The position numbers were made by a program, and so were the translations under genes. A stretch of DNA of 64,000 bases from Gammaproteobacteria bacterium (lineage in GTDB: Bacteria; Pseudomonadota; Gammaproteobacteria; CAJXQU01), in contig CBDEGZ010000003.1 in NCBI GenBank assembly GCA_965238175.1, forward strand, positions 2,528,001 through 2,592,000. The letters run 5' to 3'. Below, one piece after another: positions 48,660 through 59,699 of this stretch (within the stretch, counting starts at the first letter, position 1; every line of letters starts with the position of its first letter). The notes beneath the pieces were generated by a model. The model saw only the letters and a list, made by a program, of their open reading frames with translations. It was not told the origin of the DNA and did no database searches.

Positions 48660-50048
48660 TTATTTGGAGGGTAAATCTTCTTGCGCGGATTTTAACAGCT
48701 TCAACATCGCTTCTGCTTTGTCGTAAGTTTCCTGGTATTCAGATTCCATTTCGGAATCCATCACGATTCCGCCGCCCGTTTGAACGTAAATTTTATCTTT
48801 ATCCCAAATCATCGTTCGTATCGCAATATTCGTATCTGACTGACCATCAAAACTGATGTAACCAATTGAGCCACAATAAACGCTGCGTCGATGTGGTTCT
48901 AACTCTTCAATGACTTCCATAGAACGAAGCTTAGGAGCACCTGTGATCGATCCACCCGGAAAAGCACCTTTGATCAGATCAAGAACGTGTTTTCCTTTCG
49001 CTAATTTTCCCGTCACAGTACTGACCAGATGATGAACTGTTTTATAACTTTCTACCGCAAATAATTTTGGAACAGAAACTGATCCTGTAGCACAATTTTT
49101 ACCAATATCATTTCTAAGCAGATCAACAATCATTACATTTTCAGCCTGATCTTTTTTGCTGTTTTTTAATTCTTCTGCAAGTTCTTGATCTCGTTTTTGA
49201 TCATCGCTTCTTGGTCGTGTTCCTTTGATTGGTTTTGTTTCTACATAATTATTTCTAATCAATAAAAACCGTTCCGGTGATGAACTTAAAATAGATCCTG
49301 AATCCGTTTTCATATAGACAGCAAAAGGCGCTGGATTCATTTTTCTGAGATTTTGGTATGCATCCCATTGATCACCAGTAACACTGGCTGAGAAACGTTG
49401 CGCGAGATTAACTTGATAACAGTCACCTTCATGTATGTAGTGCTTTATTCGATCAAATGCTTTTGCGTATTTTTCTTTTGTGAAATTAGAAATTATTTCT
49501 GATGTAACTTTAAATTTTTTATTAATTTTAGCGGGTTTTGATTTGCTACATATTCTGATCAACGTATCCCATTGATCAAATGTTTTTTCATCTCGTCCTT
49601 GCCCGACTAAGCAAGTTTTTTTTTGTTGGTGATCAACTATCACAGCCCAATCATATAAACCGATCATCATTTCTGGCAAATCAATATCTCTTTCTGCAGT
49701 CGCAGGTAAATCTTCTATCTGCCTGCCCAAATCATAACTGAAAAAACCGAGTGCTCCTCCTACAAAAGGCAAAGTTTTATCAAACGCTATCGTGTCACCA
49801 AGATAACGTTGCAAAACATCAAAGGGATCATCGCTGGTTAGCCATTGTTTATCTCCCTGAGTACACGTCGTCAACTTGTCATGGGTAGCGATTTGCAGGT
49901 AAGGATCAAATGAGAGTATGTCATAACGACCCAATGAAATATTTGGATATCCACTATCAAGAAAAATAAATCCTGTATTATTCGCAAGATGCCCAAAGGC
50001 TTCGCTGCTGTCTGGTGAATAAGGTAATTCAACTTTTCTCATGTTCAA
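48660..50048 (-). CDS. pabB: aminodeoxychorismate synthase component I
   Basis: GDCYQVNLAQR, SSSPERF, PIKGTR, ENVMIVDLLRND, FPGGSITGAPK. Confidence 0.92.
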   Translation of the reverse strand: MNMRKVELPYSPDSSEAFGHLANNTGFIFLDSGYPNISLGRYDILSFDPYLQIATHDKLTTCTQGDKQWLTSDDPFDVLQRYLGDTIAFDKTLPFVGGALGFFSYDLGRQIEDLPATAERDIDLPEMMIGLYDWAVIVDHQQKKTCLVGQGRDEKTFDQWDTLIRICSKSKPAKINKKFKVTSEIISNFTKEKYAKAFDRIKHYIHEGDCYQVNLAQRFSASVTGDQWDAYQNLRKMNPAPFAVYMKTDSGSILSSSPERFLLIRNNYVETKPIKGTRPRSDDQKRDQELAEELKNSKKDQAENVMIVDLLRNDIGKNCATGSVSVPKLFAVESYKTVHHLVSTVTGKLAKGKHVLDLIKGAFPGGSITGAPKLRSMEVIEELEPHRRSVYCGSIGYISFDGQSDTNIAIRTMIWDKDKIYVQTGGGIVMDSEMESEYQETYDKAEAMLKLLKSAQEDLPSK

Positions 50049-50095
50049 TATTCTAAATTAATTATCTCGTAATTATCGCAGTTGTTGTCATCTAA

Positions 50096-51133
50096 TTATG
50101 TCAATAAAGCGGCACATGCCGTGGCCGGGGCACAAATAGCGGCTGCCTGCTTTAACATTTCATCACCCTCTATTAAATCTGCGAAATCAACATAAGGAAG
50201 GTTGTGCGATTCTGCAAGTTGTCTGATCAAAAACCGTCCAGCTCCTGTTCCAATAACCGGCAGTTTCTGATTATAACAACGTGTAGAAATTCGTGAACAA
50301 ACTCTCGCGACAGCTTTACTAATATTTTGTAGTTGTTGCCTTGCAATATATTGCGCCAGTTGTTGCCAAGCTGAAAGTTCTACTTCGTGCAAATCAAAAC
50401 CGACAACACGAGCAAGTCGTCTGGCACAATCGATCATGCTTGTCCCTTTTCCATCAGCTGTAGTAAACCCTGCATTTTCTGGAATGTCTTCGGTTAAGCA
50501 GTAGACATCTGCCATGGTTGAAAAATTCTCTGTTGTGATCTGCTGCCATTCGCCTGCAAATGGAACTTTAGAAACAACAGTGGCAACGGATGTTCTATTG
50601 ACACCTGTGTAAACCAGCTCGTCTTTTTGCAAACGTTCCTGATCACTAAAACCAACACTCATCGTTTTTTGATCAAAAAATGGAATAATATCTGTGGTAG
50701 TAGAACCTATATCGATCAATAAACCTTGTGGCATTTTTTTTGTTGATAAGAATGTGCTGGTAGCATGCCAATTTGCTGAAGCAATTTGGACTTCATTTCC
50801 TTCAATGCCACCAGCTTTTAGCCAGCCTTTTTCTGCAGCATATATGTTTATATCGCCAACCACTTTCTGTGAAAATAATGTAACTAGCCCTCTAACACCA
50901 CTGGTTCTATCAACAAAAATATCGGCTAATTCTCCTGTCATCGTAATTCCATGTTGTGCATTTTCCAGCAATATTTCTGGAAATGATTCGATTGCACGCT
51001 CTAAAACTTCCAAACCCTTCCAGATAGGCGTCTCAATTTGATCGACATAGATGACTGTTGAATCTTCATCGAGAACAACAATTTTTAAATGTGCTCCACC
51101 AATATCCCAACCAATTGTGTTATTTTTTTTCAT
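50096..51133 (-). CDS. H4MPT-cluster hydantoinase/oxoprolinase-family protein (Orf9/MfnF-like)
   Basis: GWDIGGAHLK, TMTGELAD, ASANW.A, DIGSTTTD, ELVYTG..RT. Confidence 0.82.
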   Translation of the reverse strand: MKKNNTIGWDIGGAHLKIVVLDEDSTVIYVDQIETPIWKGLEVLERAIESFPEILLENAQHGITMTGELADIFVDRTSGVRGLVTLFSQKVVGDINIYAAEKGWLKAGGIEGNEVQIASANWHATSTFLSTKKMPQGLLIDIGSTTTDIIPFFDQKTMSVGFSDQERLQKDELVYTGVNRTSVATVVSKVPFAGEWQQITTENFSTMADVYCLTEDIPENAGFTTADGKGTSMIDCARRLARVVGFDLHEVELSAWQQLAQYIARQQLQNISKAVARVCSRISTRCYNQKLPVIGTGAGRFLIRQLAESHNLPYVDFADLIEGDEMLKQAAAICAPATACAALLT

Positions 51134-51146
51134 AAATAATAAATTT

Positions 51147-52130
51147 CTATAATTTTACGGTGACCATTTCAAATCTGGAATAGTCCAATTCAGGCAATTT
51201 ATTTTTACGAAAAATATCAAGAATCATTTCCGCTGGATTGGAACCGATTGATTCAGAAAGTGCGACATAGGATGTTGTTAAACGTGGATTGATCTCAATA
51301 ATAAAAATTTGATCTTTATTAATGATTAAATCTATCCCAACGTAACCCCTGAGCGTTGGTAATGCTTTAGCAATAGAACTGGCGAATTGATCAAATTGAT
51401 CTTTATATTCCAATAATCCATTCACTTTTGATCCAATGAATTTCAAGCAGTTATTAGATGTCTCAATCATTTGCTCATTATAACCGATGATGACAGATTG
51501 GCCCTGATCACACAGCATAGAAATACTTGCGGCTTTTCCCTTCTTATAGGGTTGTACAATCGCCCGCTCACATTGTGAAGCTGCTTCTGAAATTTCGGAA
51601 TTACTATGACAAATAAATATTTGCTCACTGCCAACACCTTTATCAGGCTTTACAATCCAAGCTCTATCACTTTCAAGATAATCTGTGCTTTCATCTACGA
51701 AATGAGTTTCTATAACAGGCATATTATGAGCAGCGAGTATATCTATCGTATGTTTTTTACTGGTTGTTTGTTTGATAACTTCAGGTGTGCTGCCGAGAAG
51801 TATCTTTTTCTGATCGAGAACAATTTGTGAAAGCATTTCAAGAATGTCATCTGACTCTGGTGCAATCGGTAAAACAGCATCAACTTTTTCACACAGGCTT
51901 TCAAATCTCGAAACGTAATTCTGTTCGATAAATACAACGTCGATATTTTCTGGAAAATCATCCATCAAAAGTCGTTTATCATACGTAACCGACAACTCCA
52001 CTTGTGATAATTTAACAAAATCTGCAACAACCGCAGCAAACATCATTTGTCCTTCTTTTTGCATACTGGGAGGAAGGTTTTCCTCAGCCAACCCACCACC
52101 CGTGATAAACTCTGAAATAAGGATTTTCAT
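51147..52130 (-). CDS. ATP-grasp ligase (Orf1/MfnD-like)
   Basis: EFITGGG, EG.MM, IAPE, VKPDKG.G, GYVGID, EINPRLTTSY. Confidence 0.8.
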   Translation of the reverse strand: MKILISEFITGGGLAEENLPPSMQKEGQMMFAAVVADFVKLSQVELSVTYDKRLLMDDFPENIDVVFIEQNYVSRFESLCEKVDAVLPIAPESDDILEMLSQIVLDQKKILLGSTPEVIKQTTSKKHTIDILAAHNMPVIETHFVDESTDYLESDRAWIVKPDKGVGSEQIFICHSNSEISEAASQCERAIVQPYKKGKAASISMLCDQGQSVIIGYNEQMIETSNNCLKFIGSKVNGLLEYKDQFDQFASSIAKALPTLRGYVGIDLIINKDQIFIIEINPRLTTSYVALSESIGSNPAEMILDIFRKNKLPELDYSRFEMVTVKL

Positions 52131-52141
52131 CGAAAAATATT

Positions 52142-52843
52142 ATGCAAATTATTCCTGTTGTTGATCTTAAAGATGGTCATGTTGTTCGTGCTATTAAGGG
52201 AAACCGATCAAAGTATCAACCGATTCAATCTCCACTGTCTTCATCATCTGAACCTGAAGAGATAATTTCGGGATTACTTAAGCTCACTAACTCAAATATT
52301 ATATATATTGCTGACTTGAATGCGATTGAAGGTTCTGGCAATCATTTCGAAACCTTACTTTCAATTTCCACAAAGTTTAGCCATATTAACTTTTGGGTTG
52401 ATGCCGGTTTTAAATCGATAGATCAAATAAATTTATGGAAAAAGATCGACCACTTTAAACCCGTCATTGGTACAGAAAGCCACACTGAAACCAAAACGCT
52501 TCTGCCATTACTTAGCAAGAATTCTATCTTATCACTCGATTTTAAAAATGATCTTTTAATTGGACCAACCGAAATATTAAACACACCGGATATCTGGCCG
52601 GATGTGGTAATCATTATGGCCTTAGATCGTATCAGTAGCCACTTTGGTCCTAACATAAACTTACTTAATCGAATCAAAGAACTCTCATCGAGTAAGAACT
52701 ATTTTGTTGCAGGAGGTGTACGCGATCAATCTGATCTTGACGTCCTTAAAAAAGCTCAACCTGCAGGTGTTTTACTATCAACCGCGCTTCATAATCTAAC
52801 TATTTCTATCAATTATCAGGTTTTAGAAAAAACTAACAAATGA
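52142..52843 (+). CDS. HisA/HisF-related TIM-barrel protein (Orf17)
   Basis: IIPVVDLKDG.VVRA..G.R..Y.P, YIADLNAI, WVDAG, AGGVR. Confidence 0.82.
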   Translation: MQIIPVVDLKDGHVVRAIKGNRSKYQPIQSPLSSSSEPEEIISGLLKLTNSNIIYIADLNAIEGSGNHFETLLSISTKFSHINFWVDAGFKSIDQINLWKKIDHFKPVIGTESHTETKTLLPLLSKNSILSLDFKNDLLIGPTEILNTPDIWPDVVIIMALDRISSHFGPNINLLNRIKELSSSKNYFVAGGVRDQSDLDVLKKAQPAGVLLSTALHNLTISINYQVLEKTNK

Positions 52844-52848
52844 CAGAC

Positions 52849-52880
52849 AAAAAAATACCCCGACTAGCGGGGTATCTTTA
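52849..52880 (-). terminator. terminator after fae (between convergent genes)
   Basis: ATACCCCG-ACTAG-CGGGGTAT with a T-tract on the minus strand. Confidence 0.75.
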
Positions 52881-52902
52881 GTTTAATTTGAATAATTACA
52901 AA

Positions 52903-53412
52903 TTAAGCGTGAGCAGCAAATGGATGTTCGCTACCTTTGTTCGCTACAACGTCAGCTGCTTTCGGCTCACGAGCCACTGCACGTTTGATAGACTCTTTAA
53001 CAGCTTCGTAGTTATAGTCCTGAATTTTAGCATCATCCTCAGCTTCCCAATGAATGAATACACCAACAGAAATGAAGATATCATCAGCTTCGTCAGCAGG
53101 GATAGTGCCGTCTTCTACGCAATCAGTCACTGCCATTGCAACACCACGTTGTGCTGGGCCAAACATTTGTACTGCTTGCTTAGCACCTTTGATCGTTACT
53201 TTGTTGAACATAATTGTGCTTGGCTTAGCCGCCAAGTTAGGAGCAACAACCGCTAATAGCGTACTGAAACCATCTTTGTTATTACACAGTGCATTACAGA
53301 ATGCTGTTTCTGCTGCAGAACCACGTGGCCCCATAATCAAGTCAATATGTGCAACCTCATTACCGTCGCCTACCAAAGATTCACCAACCAATACTCGGTC
53401 AATAACTGCCAT
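52903..53412 (-). CDS. fae: formaldehyde-activating enzyme
   Basis: [39 protein letters not shown]; AGGAG RBS before ATG 53412. Confidence 0.96.
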   Translation of the reverse strand: MAVIDRVLVGESLVGDGNEVAHIDLIMGPRGSAAETAFCNALCNNKDGFSTLLAVVAPNLAAKPSTIMFNKVTIKGAKQAVQMFGPAQRGVAMAVTDCVEDGTIPADEADDIFISVGVFIHWEAEDDAKIQDYNYEAVKESIKRAVAREPKAADVVANKGSEHPFAAHA

Positions 53413-53595
53413 TGTTTTATCTCCTGTTTTTAGAGTTGAAGTAGAATTTGTTGTAGATGATTCTTCAACGAGTCCTCTGAATATTGACATCGCTTGTCAC
53501 CTTTATAAATTATTGACGAGTCTCCTCGTCTTGTTAAAAAGAACCGTACATTCTTAAACTTAAATATGTTTAAGAATGTCGATAAATAGTATTTT

Positions 53596-54456
53596 TCACA
53601 AAAGAGCTTCCAGAGATAATGCAACCAAACTGGCTACCGTAAGATCTGCACTTGTTCCTGGATTAACACCCACCCGTTTAAGTTCGTGATCATATCGTTG
53701 CAATTCACTATTTGCAACAATGGGATTCTCGCATGCTTTGAACATGGATTCCACTGATTCTGTACGCTTTCGAATATCTTCCGCAATTTCCTGATCAAAC
53801 TTGCGAACGATATGGCTATCCTCAAACATCGTCATGAATTTTAAGTAGCAAGCCACAGTTGCCCATTCAAGCCTGTTTTCTACATCTTTCCAGCGTAAGA
53901 CCTGCATTCGCAACGTATTCGTACCAGTCTGAAATATATCTTGATAGCCATTCGCATATTGCCATGCAACTCGATCACGATCTTGTGCAGCTTCCATCGC
54001 GGCAAGTAACGTTATTGCCGCTGGTTCTCTGACATCATGTTCAGGTGTATCCCCAAGTCCACCTGGATTTGCCAATTCAATCGCCTCAAAAGCCAACGTT
54101 GCATCCTCAATCGTTAAATTATCAAGCACACGATGGATCGTCTGCTGAAGATATTCATTCTCTTTTGTTATAAAAGTCGCTTGAGCCAATGGCGCTACCA
54201 GTAAAATAATCCCAAGGTTTGTATTACAACCTACTTGCGACATCGTCAGTTGCACGCTTTGTAGAATACGCTCCCCAACGGTCAATTCAGAATTTCCCAT
54301 TACTGGACTAATTAATTCGGCACTTCGGATAAAATCATCAGCTTCCATACCGTGCCCTTCCGAATGAACACTGACATTACCTGGCTTAAATGCCTTTATT
54401 TCGGTGATACAACTTTTATAAACTGCTTGGGTGATTATTTCGGATTTACTTGCCAT
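53596..54456 (-). CDS. CitG-family triphosphoribosyl-dephospho-CoA synthase-like protein (Orf7)
   Basis: E..A.KPGNV, NTNLGIILL..PL, I..ANPGGLG, DSHI.RK, NPGTSADL. Confidence 0.85.
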   Translation of the reverse strand: MASKSEIITQAVYKSCITEIKAFKPGNVSVHSEGHGMEADDFIRSAELISPVMGNSELTVGERILQSVQLTMSQVGCNTNLGIILLVAPLAQATFITKENEYLQQTIHRVLDNLTIEDATLAFEAIELANPGGLGDTPEHDVREPAAITLLAAMEAAQDRDRVAWQYANGYQDIFQTGTNTLRMQVLRWKDVENRLEWATVACYLKFMTMFEDSHIVRKFDQEIAEDIRKRTESVESMFKACENPIVANSELQRYDHELKRVGVNPGTSADLTVASLVALSLEALL

Positions 54457-54479
54457 TATTATCTATTTAATTTTTTATA

Positions 54480-55415
54480 TTACTTGAGCACTTTGATCTG
54501 CTGTGAGGCAGCCACTCTTGAAAGGAAATGATCAGAAAGCCGTTCAGCGATATTAAATTCACAGACTTTTTGTAATCCCCACCAGGCAGGGACACTATTA
54601 ACCTCAGTCACCAGGAAGTGGCCTTGCTCATCTTGCATCAAATCCACGCCAGCATAATCAATATCCACCGCATTGACTGCAGCTTCGGCTAGATCGGCTA
54701 ACTGCTGATCAAATTTGATCGCAACACATTTTGCGCCTTGTGAACGATTTGTGATCCAATGGCCTCCAGAGCGCAACATCATCGCTTCAGCTCGACCGTT
54801 AATGACAAAAACACGCCAATCTTGAAATTGTTCTGTGGTCTTCTCTACATAACGTTGGAGATAAAAAACACCTCCATAAATTTCCAAATCTTCGGGAAGA
54901 TCATCAATACTTTCAATTTTGATCAGACCAAGCCCTTGCGAACCAAACAATGGCTTCATAACTAAAATATTACCTTTGCCAGTTTGTTGAAGAATAATGG
55001 CCCGTGCATGTAATTCAGATTCACAGACCCAGGTATCTACCGTTGGAAGACCATGATGGCTGAGTATAAGACTTGTCATCATTTTATCGACGGTACGCTC
55101 AATTGCGCGACCATTATTGTAGACGACCTTTCCAGTCTCATAGAGAGCATGTAGCACGTTCAAACGCATAATGACCTGTTCCAATGTTCCTCCAGGAACA
55201 CCTCTAACGAAAACACCTGCTAGTTTTTCCTGATCAAATCCAGGTATCGTAATAGACGTATTCCTAACTCCGTTCTGACCAAAAACTGCCAAGTGACAAT
55301 CCATTAATGACACGTACTCACTCTCAAACCCACGTTGCGAAAATGCGGTTTTTAACTGTCGCCCATGCCAGCCAGGATCATCCGTAATAACGGCTATTTG
55401 ATTTGCAAGTGTCAT
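54480..55415 (-). CDS. RimK-family glutamate ligase (Orf5/MyfA-like)
   Basis: GWHG, VRG.PGGTLEQ, N..RAIERTVDK, KPLFGSQG, YAGVD, EVNS.PAW. Confidence 0.85.
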   Translation of the reverse strand: MTLANQIAVITDDPGWHGRQLKTAFSQRGFESEYVSLMDCHLAVFGQNGVRNTSITIPGFDQEKLAGVFVRGVPGGTLEQVIMRLNVLHALYETGKVVYNNGRAIERTVDKMMTSLILSHHGLPTVDTWVCESELHARAIILQQTGKGNILVMKPLFGSQGLGLIKIESIDDLPEDLEIYGGVFYLQRYVEKTTEQFQDWRVFVINGRAEAMMLRSGGHWITNRSQGAKCVAIKFDQQLADLAEAAVNAVDIDYAGVDLMQDEQGHFLVTEVNSVPAWWGLQKVCEFNIAERLSDHFLSRVAASQQIKVLK

Positions 55416-55460
55416 AAGCTTAAGTTCTTGCCTCCCACTGAAAAATGGAAAATACTAAAT

Positions 55461-55500
55461 AAAAAAAGGATCTCTTACCTGCAATAAGAGATCCTTTATT
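55461..55500 (-). terminator. terminator between mch and orf5
   Basis: AAAGGATCTCTTA / TAAGAGATCCTTT stem with a T-run on the minus strand. Confidence 0.7.
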
Positions 55501-55523
55501 TATGTTCTTATAAAGTATCGTTT

Positions 55524-56495
55524 TTAACCAAAAGATTGATCAAGCAATTTTTCATCTAAGTTACCCGCATGAAAACTCTTACCTGTTTTCACTGAAGAAA
55601 CAGTTACTTTTGCTGGGCTAAATAATAGTGGATCAATTTTATAGAAATCGTATCCTGAATCTTTAAAAATATCCGCAAATGGTTTTCCGTAGTCATTAGA
55701 AGAACTACTTGGTAACTTATTTGCTAAATCCTCTGCTTCGTCATTTTCTGCATCAACAAACAGGTGAACTTCACCACCAAATAAGATTGCATCATTTGTA
55801 CGCCCCATCGCTTTAACAAAATCAGTATGTGGTGGCGAAACTGGCGCTGAGGCAAAACCATCAACAATTTTATCTAATGGGAAATGGAGCTCATGCGCTT
55901 TATGTAAAGATGTTTCAAGAGAACGGGCAACAACTTGAACACCACCTGCTAGACTAGAAGTTGGTGTCAAAATTATTGTCAGATTTTCTGCGTTCACTTT
56001 GCATCTTTCAGCAATTTCATCAGCGAGTTCTGCAGGCGGATTTTTATCTACCTCGATAACCATCACAGCTGTATCACTTTTATCGCGATAACCCAGTTCA
56101 TCGAATAACGGCTCACTACTCCCTAAAGCACGTGCTGGTCCTGAGCCTAAGGCCATAAATTTTTCCTTACCTTCACCGTGCGACAGACTCCAACCAGCAT
56201 ATTGGCTCGCCAGGCAAGCAAGAACAGGGTTAGATGAATAAACATCAATATTCGTACGCCAATTTCTAAAATTAGTACCAGAGCTAAAACTTACTGTGCC
56301 TAAACCACCCAAGCAGATTTCACCCACTAATCGACCTGCTTCAAGTCCGCCAAGCACCTTAACGCCCGCATCAATGACCGTCGTTCCATTTGAGAGGTTC
56401 TCAACTCCCAATCGTAGCGCTTGCGCATTAGCGATCATTTTATCAACAATGGAGCCGGCTAATTGATTAACGCTTGGTTTAAATTCTTCACTCAT
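55524..56495 (-). CDS. mch: methenyl-H4MPT cyclohydrolase
   Basis: [50 protein letters not shown]. Confidence 0.95.
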   Translation of the reverse strand: MSEEFKPSVNQLAGSIVDKMIANAQALRLGVENLSNGTTVIDAGVKVLGGLEAGRLVGEICLGGLGTVSFSSGTNFRNWRTNIDVYSSNPVLACLASQYAGWSLSHGEGKEKFMALGSGPARALGSSEPLFDELGYRDKSDTAVMVIEVDKNPPAELADEIAERCKVNAENLTIILTPTSSLAGGVQVVARSLETSLHKAHELHFPLDKIVDGFASAPVSPPHTDFVKAMGRTNDAILFGGEVHLFVDAENDEAEDLANKLPSSSSNDYGKPFADIFKDSGYDFYKIDPLLFSPAKVTVSSVKTGKSFHAGNLDEKLLDQSFG

Positions 56496-56537
56496 TTCAC
56501 TATCTCAACTTATTATATGTTTTATTAAAATTATTAT

Positions 56538-57608
56538 TTATCGGTACTTTATTTCAATTTCATTGCATTGATTATGCACTAGTTTTATAGCTTTGTCGGC
56601 ACTTGAAGCTTGGGAATATATTGTGCAGAAAGGTTCTCCCTGCTTAATATATTCACCATTTTGGGGGATGTCCGATGCCCAATCCGGCCAATGTTCAGGC
56701 CAGGTTATATTTAGTGGCCCAAGATCATTACTCGCATAGACAATTGTTTTTGCATAATAATTTTGATCCTCTGTTCGAGCAAAATCAATCTCACCATGAC
56801 AAGCCTTTATATGTGATAAAAATAAACAGTCTGTTTTTAGTTCATGCAGATCAAAGGTAGAAACCGGTCTGGGGTTAATCTCTAAAACGTAAATCTGATC
56901 ACATCCATCAAGGATGAAATCCAGCCCACACAATCCGACCAAGTTTAAGGAATTGCTAAGTTTTTCTACGATTGTTTTAAGCGAGTCATAAACAGGAAAA
57001 TCATTAAAGGTAACGGCTCCTCCAAATCGAAACGAAGTATCGCTCTCTGTCCAGATCTGATTTATTCCAACAATTTTCGCCTTTTCACCATCGGTAAGAA
57101 AAACGACTGAACACGTTTGTCCTTGTTGATATGTCTGAAAATAATAAGTATCCGGATAAATTTTTTTCTTATCCCACCAAGCAACATGCTCACCGCCACA
57201 AGCAGCTTTTTGTTTGACTAACCACTTACCTTCTACAGGAGGGGATAAACGAATTTCGGGGTGATAGATCCTAAGTTGATTTAAATGGTCAGAAAGATAA
57301 GTAGGATCTTTTGCTGCACTAACCGTTTTATAATCGTTACCAAGTAATGGATATTTGTCAGCGAGTCTTTTGATCAGATCAATGCGGTGCTCAAACCCAC
57401 TTGCGAGTATCAACCCAAGAAAATCATATTTTCTCCAACACCCTTCAATCGCTGCAAGGAGAGTTTCATCACAAAACTCTAGGAGCACTTTGCATTCATC
57501 AGAATAATGTTTAGTATCCTGATCGCCAAATTGATCAATAACAACCGTCGGAATACTGACTTTAAATGCTGATTGTGCCAGCATCCGGCCAGATTGACCT
57601 ACAATCAA
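56538..57608 (-). CDS. ATP-grasp protein (OrfY/MyfB-like)
   Basis: SGRMLAQSA, D.FGD.DT, SGFE, LEINPRP, D.P..G..I..GEP.CT; located between mtdB and mch. Confidence 0.8.
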   Translation of the reverse strand: MIVGQSGRMLAQSAFKVSIPTVVIDQFGDQDTKHYSDECKVLLEFCDETLLAAIEGCWRKYDFLGLILASGFEHRIDLIKRLADKYPLLGNDYKTVSAAKDPTYLSDHLNQLRIYHPEIRLSPPVEGKWLVKQKAACGGEHVAWWDKKKIYPDTYYFQTYQQGQTCSVVFLTDGEKAKIVGINQIWTESDTSFRFGGAVTFNDFPVYDSLKTIVEKLSNSLNLVGLCGLDFILDGCDQIYVLEINPRPVSTFDLHELKTDCLFLSHIKACHGEIDFARTEDQNYYAKTIVYASNDLGPLNITWPEHWPDWASDIPQNGEYIKQGEPFCTIYSQASSADKAIKLVHNQCNEIEIKYR

Positions 57609-57614
57609 ATAGAT

Positions 57615-58535
57615 CTACTTTATCCTTTTCTTAGCAATCTTTCTGGCCACTTCAAACGCTTTTTCATGATCAACATAAATGGGATCACCTTCATCATCAA
57701 TCATCAGTTTAAACAAGTCGTAATGAACCTTGTATTTAATATCGCCAATGGCAAGCGCACCAATACCAACAGCCTCCCCTGGCGTATTCTCGATCACTTT
57801 CCCCATATCGTTAATTTCAACACCTTCAATACCTAAAGGTGGAACAGCATTCACATCTGCTGCAACAATTAGGTTTTTCGCTTGACGTAATTGGTCTGCG
57901 CGCAGAATACGTATACCTGCCTTTGCCGCACCAATAACAATATGCGAATCATCCAAGAATGACGCAACTTGTTCATCCGTCCCACTACCTGCACCATCCA
58001 CTTTAAGTCTAAAACGTAAATTAACTTCATCGGCGATCTCCTGACCAACAGCTGGGCCAAGGTAACTAACCAACGAAACATGTGCACCACAGTTTGCGGC
58101 CAGAACACCCGCACAAATACCCACAGGCCCAGTTCCAATTATGTCGACATTTTTGCCTTCCAAATTGCCTTTTCCTTGTTTCTCTACCCAACGTTCAACG
58201 CTGGCGACTATCGCAGCTGCAGTGGTAATCGCCCCACTCGGATCAGCAAAAACCGAAACTTCAAAAGGTGGCACCATCGCTGCCTGGGCTCGCTTTAGCA
58301 TGTCTAACGCTAATGGGAAATCGCGGCCTCCAATAAAAATACTAGTGCGTTTAACACCCGTCGGGCCACGTGAAAAAATCGTATCCTGCGTCAACCCATG
58401 AATATCATCTAATTCCACAGACGTGTATGGAATAACCCGATCAAAATCGGCTTCATAAGCCATATTGACGTCAAATGGGCTGACGTTCTTTGTCGGATTA
58501 AACATGTGTAATAAATACGGATCTTCTTTTTTCAT
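57615..58535 (-). CDS. mtdB: NAD(P)-dependent methylene-H4MPT dehydrogenase
   Basis: LHM..P.KNVSPFDVNMA, QD.IFSRGP, VPPFEVSVFADPSGA.TTAAA, DVNAVPP. Confidence 0.9.
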   Translation of the reverse strand: MKKEDPYLLHMFNPTKNVSPFDVNMAYEADFDRVIPYTSVELDDIHGLTQDTIFSRGPTGVKRTSIFIGGRDFPLALDMLKRAQAAMVPPFEVSVFADPSGAITTAAAIVASVERWVEKQGKGNLEGKNVDIIGTGPVGICAGVLAANCGAHVSLVSYLGPAVGQEIADEVNLRFRLKVDGAGSGTDEQVASFLDDSHIVIGAAKAGIRILRADQLRQAKNLIVAADVNAVPPLGIEGVEINDMGKVIENTPGEAVGIGALAIGDIKYKVHYDLFKLMIDDEGDPIYVDHEKAFEVARKIAKKRIK

Positions 58536-58630
58536 CTATCAGATTTCCTTTTAATTACTTCATAAAGAGTTAGGTTGTATTTGCTTATGTCATGTAGATG
58601 CAAGAGCATACTTTTTCGATCAAGTTTCTC

Positions 58631-59662
58631 TCACCCCACCTTGGCGACCTTATCAGAAATCTCTATCGTCGCTCCAGTATTTAAAGCTTGGCAAATCATG
58701 AAACTCAAATCAGTATTACTACTCACTTTTACCGCTTTTTTTACTAATCTATTCGCCTCAAGCTCATTTTCAACCAGAGCAAATCCCGTTGGCCCCCATG
58801 AACTTTGTCCTACGCCAGCAACGCCTTGATCATCCATCCACGTCAAGGCATCTGCAACAAGGTTACTGCTATAACGCCCGCCTTGATAATTAGCAAAATA
58901 ATCGCCAACGCGCTCTTGTACATTGGTGACGCCTTTTCCGAAATCCTGAATGTTCGATTCAACTAATGCAGGCAAGATCCGCATAAGTACCGTTCGGCAT
59001 AAATTACCCGAAACACCAGGATCCATAGGCGGTAACTTTTTAAATGCCAGCTTTTCATGTGAGCCATTCAAACCAACTTTATTGTTATCAAAAATCAAGA
59101 TTAACCGCCACGCTTCTGGAAATTCCATCCGGCATATCACTGGTGGGATAACCGTCTTACCGCCACGTCCACCATCAACAATAAACCCACCTTGCTGAAA
59201 AGCACCGACACCAATACCAGAGCGAGCACCACGTGCAGTTAATTTCGCAATGGTTGTAACATCAATATCGAGATCAAATAAATGAGAGATAGCAGAACAA
59301 ACCGCCAAACCTAATTGTGTGCCCGATCCCAACCCAGCATGGCTCGGAATAGCTTCATGAAGTTCAATATGAACGCCACGATCTGGTGCATATTCCTCAA
59401 GCAATAACTTTGCATATTTGATCGCGCGTTCTGCACTGGAACTATTGTTTGGATCATTAGCAGTAACATCATCACTCGCTTTCACAGTCAGATGAGTGCT
59501 TAAACCTGCAAGCGTTAATCCCAAGCCTCCAAAATTACGCCCTAAGCCACCATTCATATCCATAAAACCCAAATGTAATCGAGCCGGTGCTTTAACCGTT
59601 ACGGATCTGGGTGACAAACGCGGATGCTGACCTATCAAAAGAAAGATCTCCTTGTATAACAA
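58631..59662 (-). CDS. mptG: beta-ribofuranosylaminobenzene 5'-phosphate synthase
   Basis: PARLHLGF.D, IP.HAGLGSGTQL, RG.RSGIG..AF..GGFIVDGG, GQSSWGPT. Confidence 0.9.
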   Translation of the reverse strand: MLYKEIFLLIGQHPRLSPRSVTVKAPARLHLGFMDMNGGLGRNFGGLGLTLAGLSTHLTVKASDDVTANDPNNSSSAERAIKYAKLLLEEYAPDRGVHIELHEAIPSHAGLGSGTQLGLAVCSAISHLFDLDIDVTTIAKLTARGARSGIGVGAFQQGGFIVDGGRGGKTVIPPVICRMEFPEAWRLILIFDNNKVGLNGSHEKLAFKKLPPMDPGVSGNLCRTVLMRILPALVESNIQDFGKGVTNVQERVGDYFANYQGGRYSSNLVADALTWMDDQGVAGVGQSSWGPTGFALVENELEANRLVKKAVKVSSNTDLSFMICQALNTGATIEISDKVAKVG

Positions 59663-59699
59663 AAATCACATGTTGTGTTCATCAGTCGATTAGGCACTA

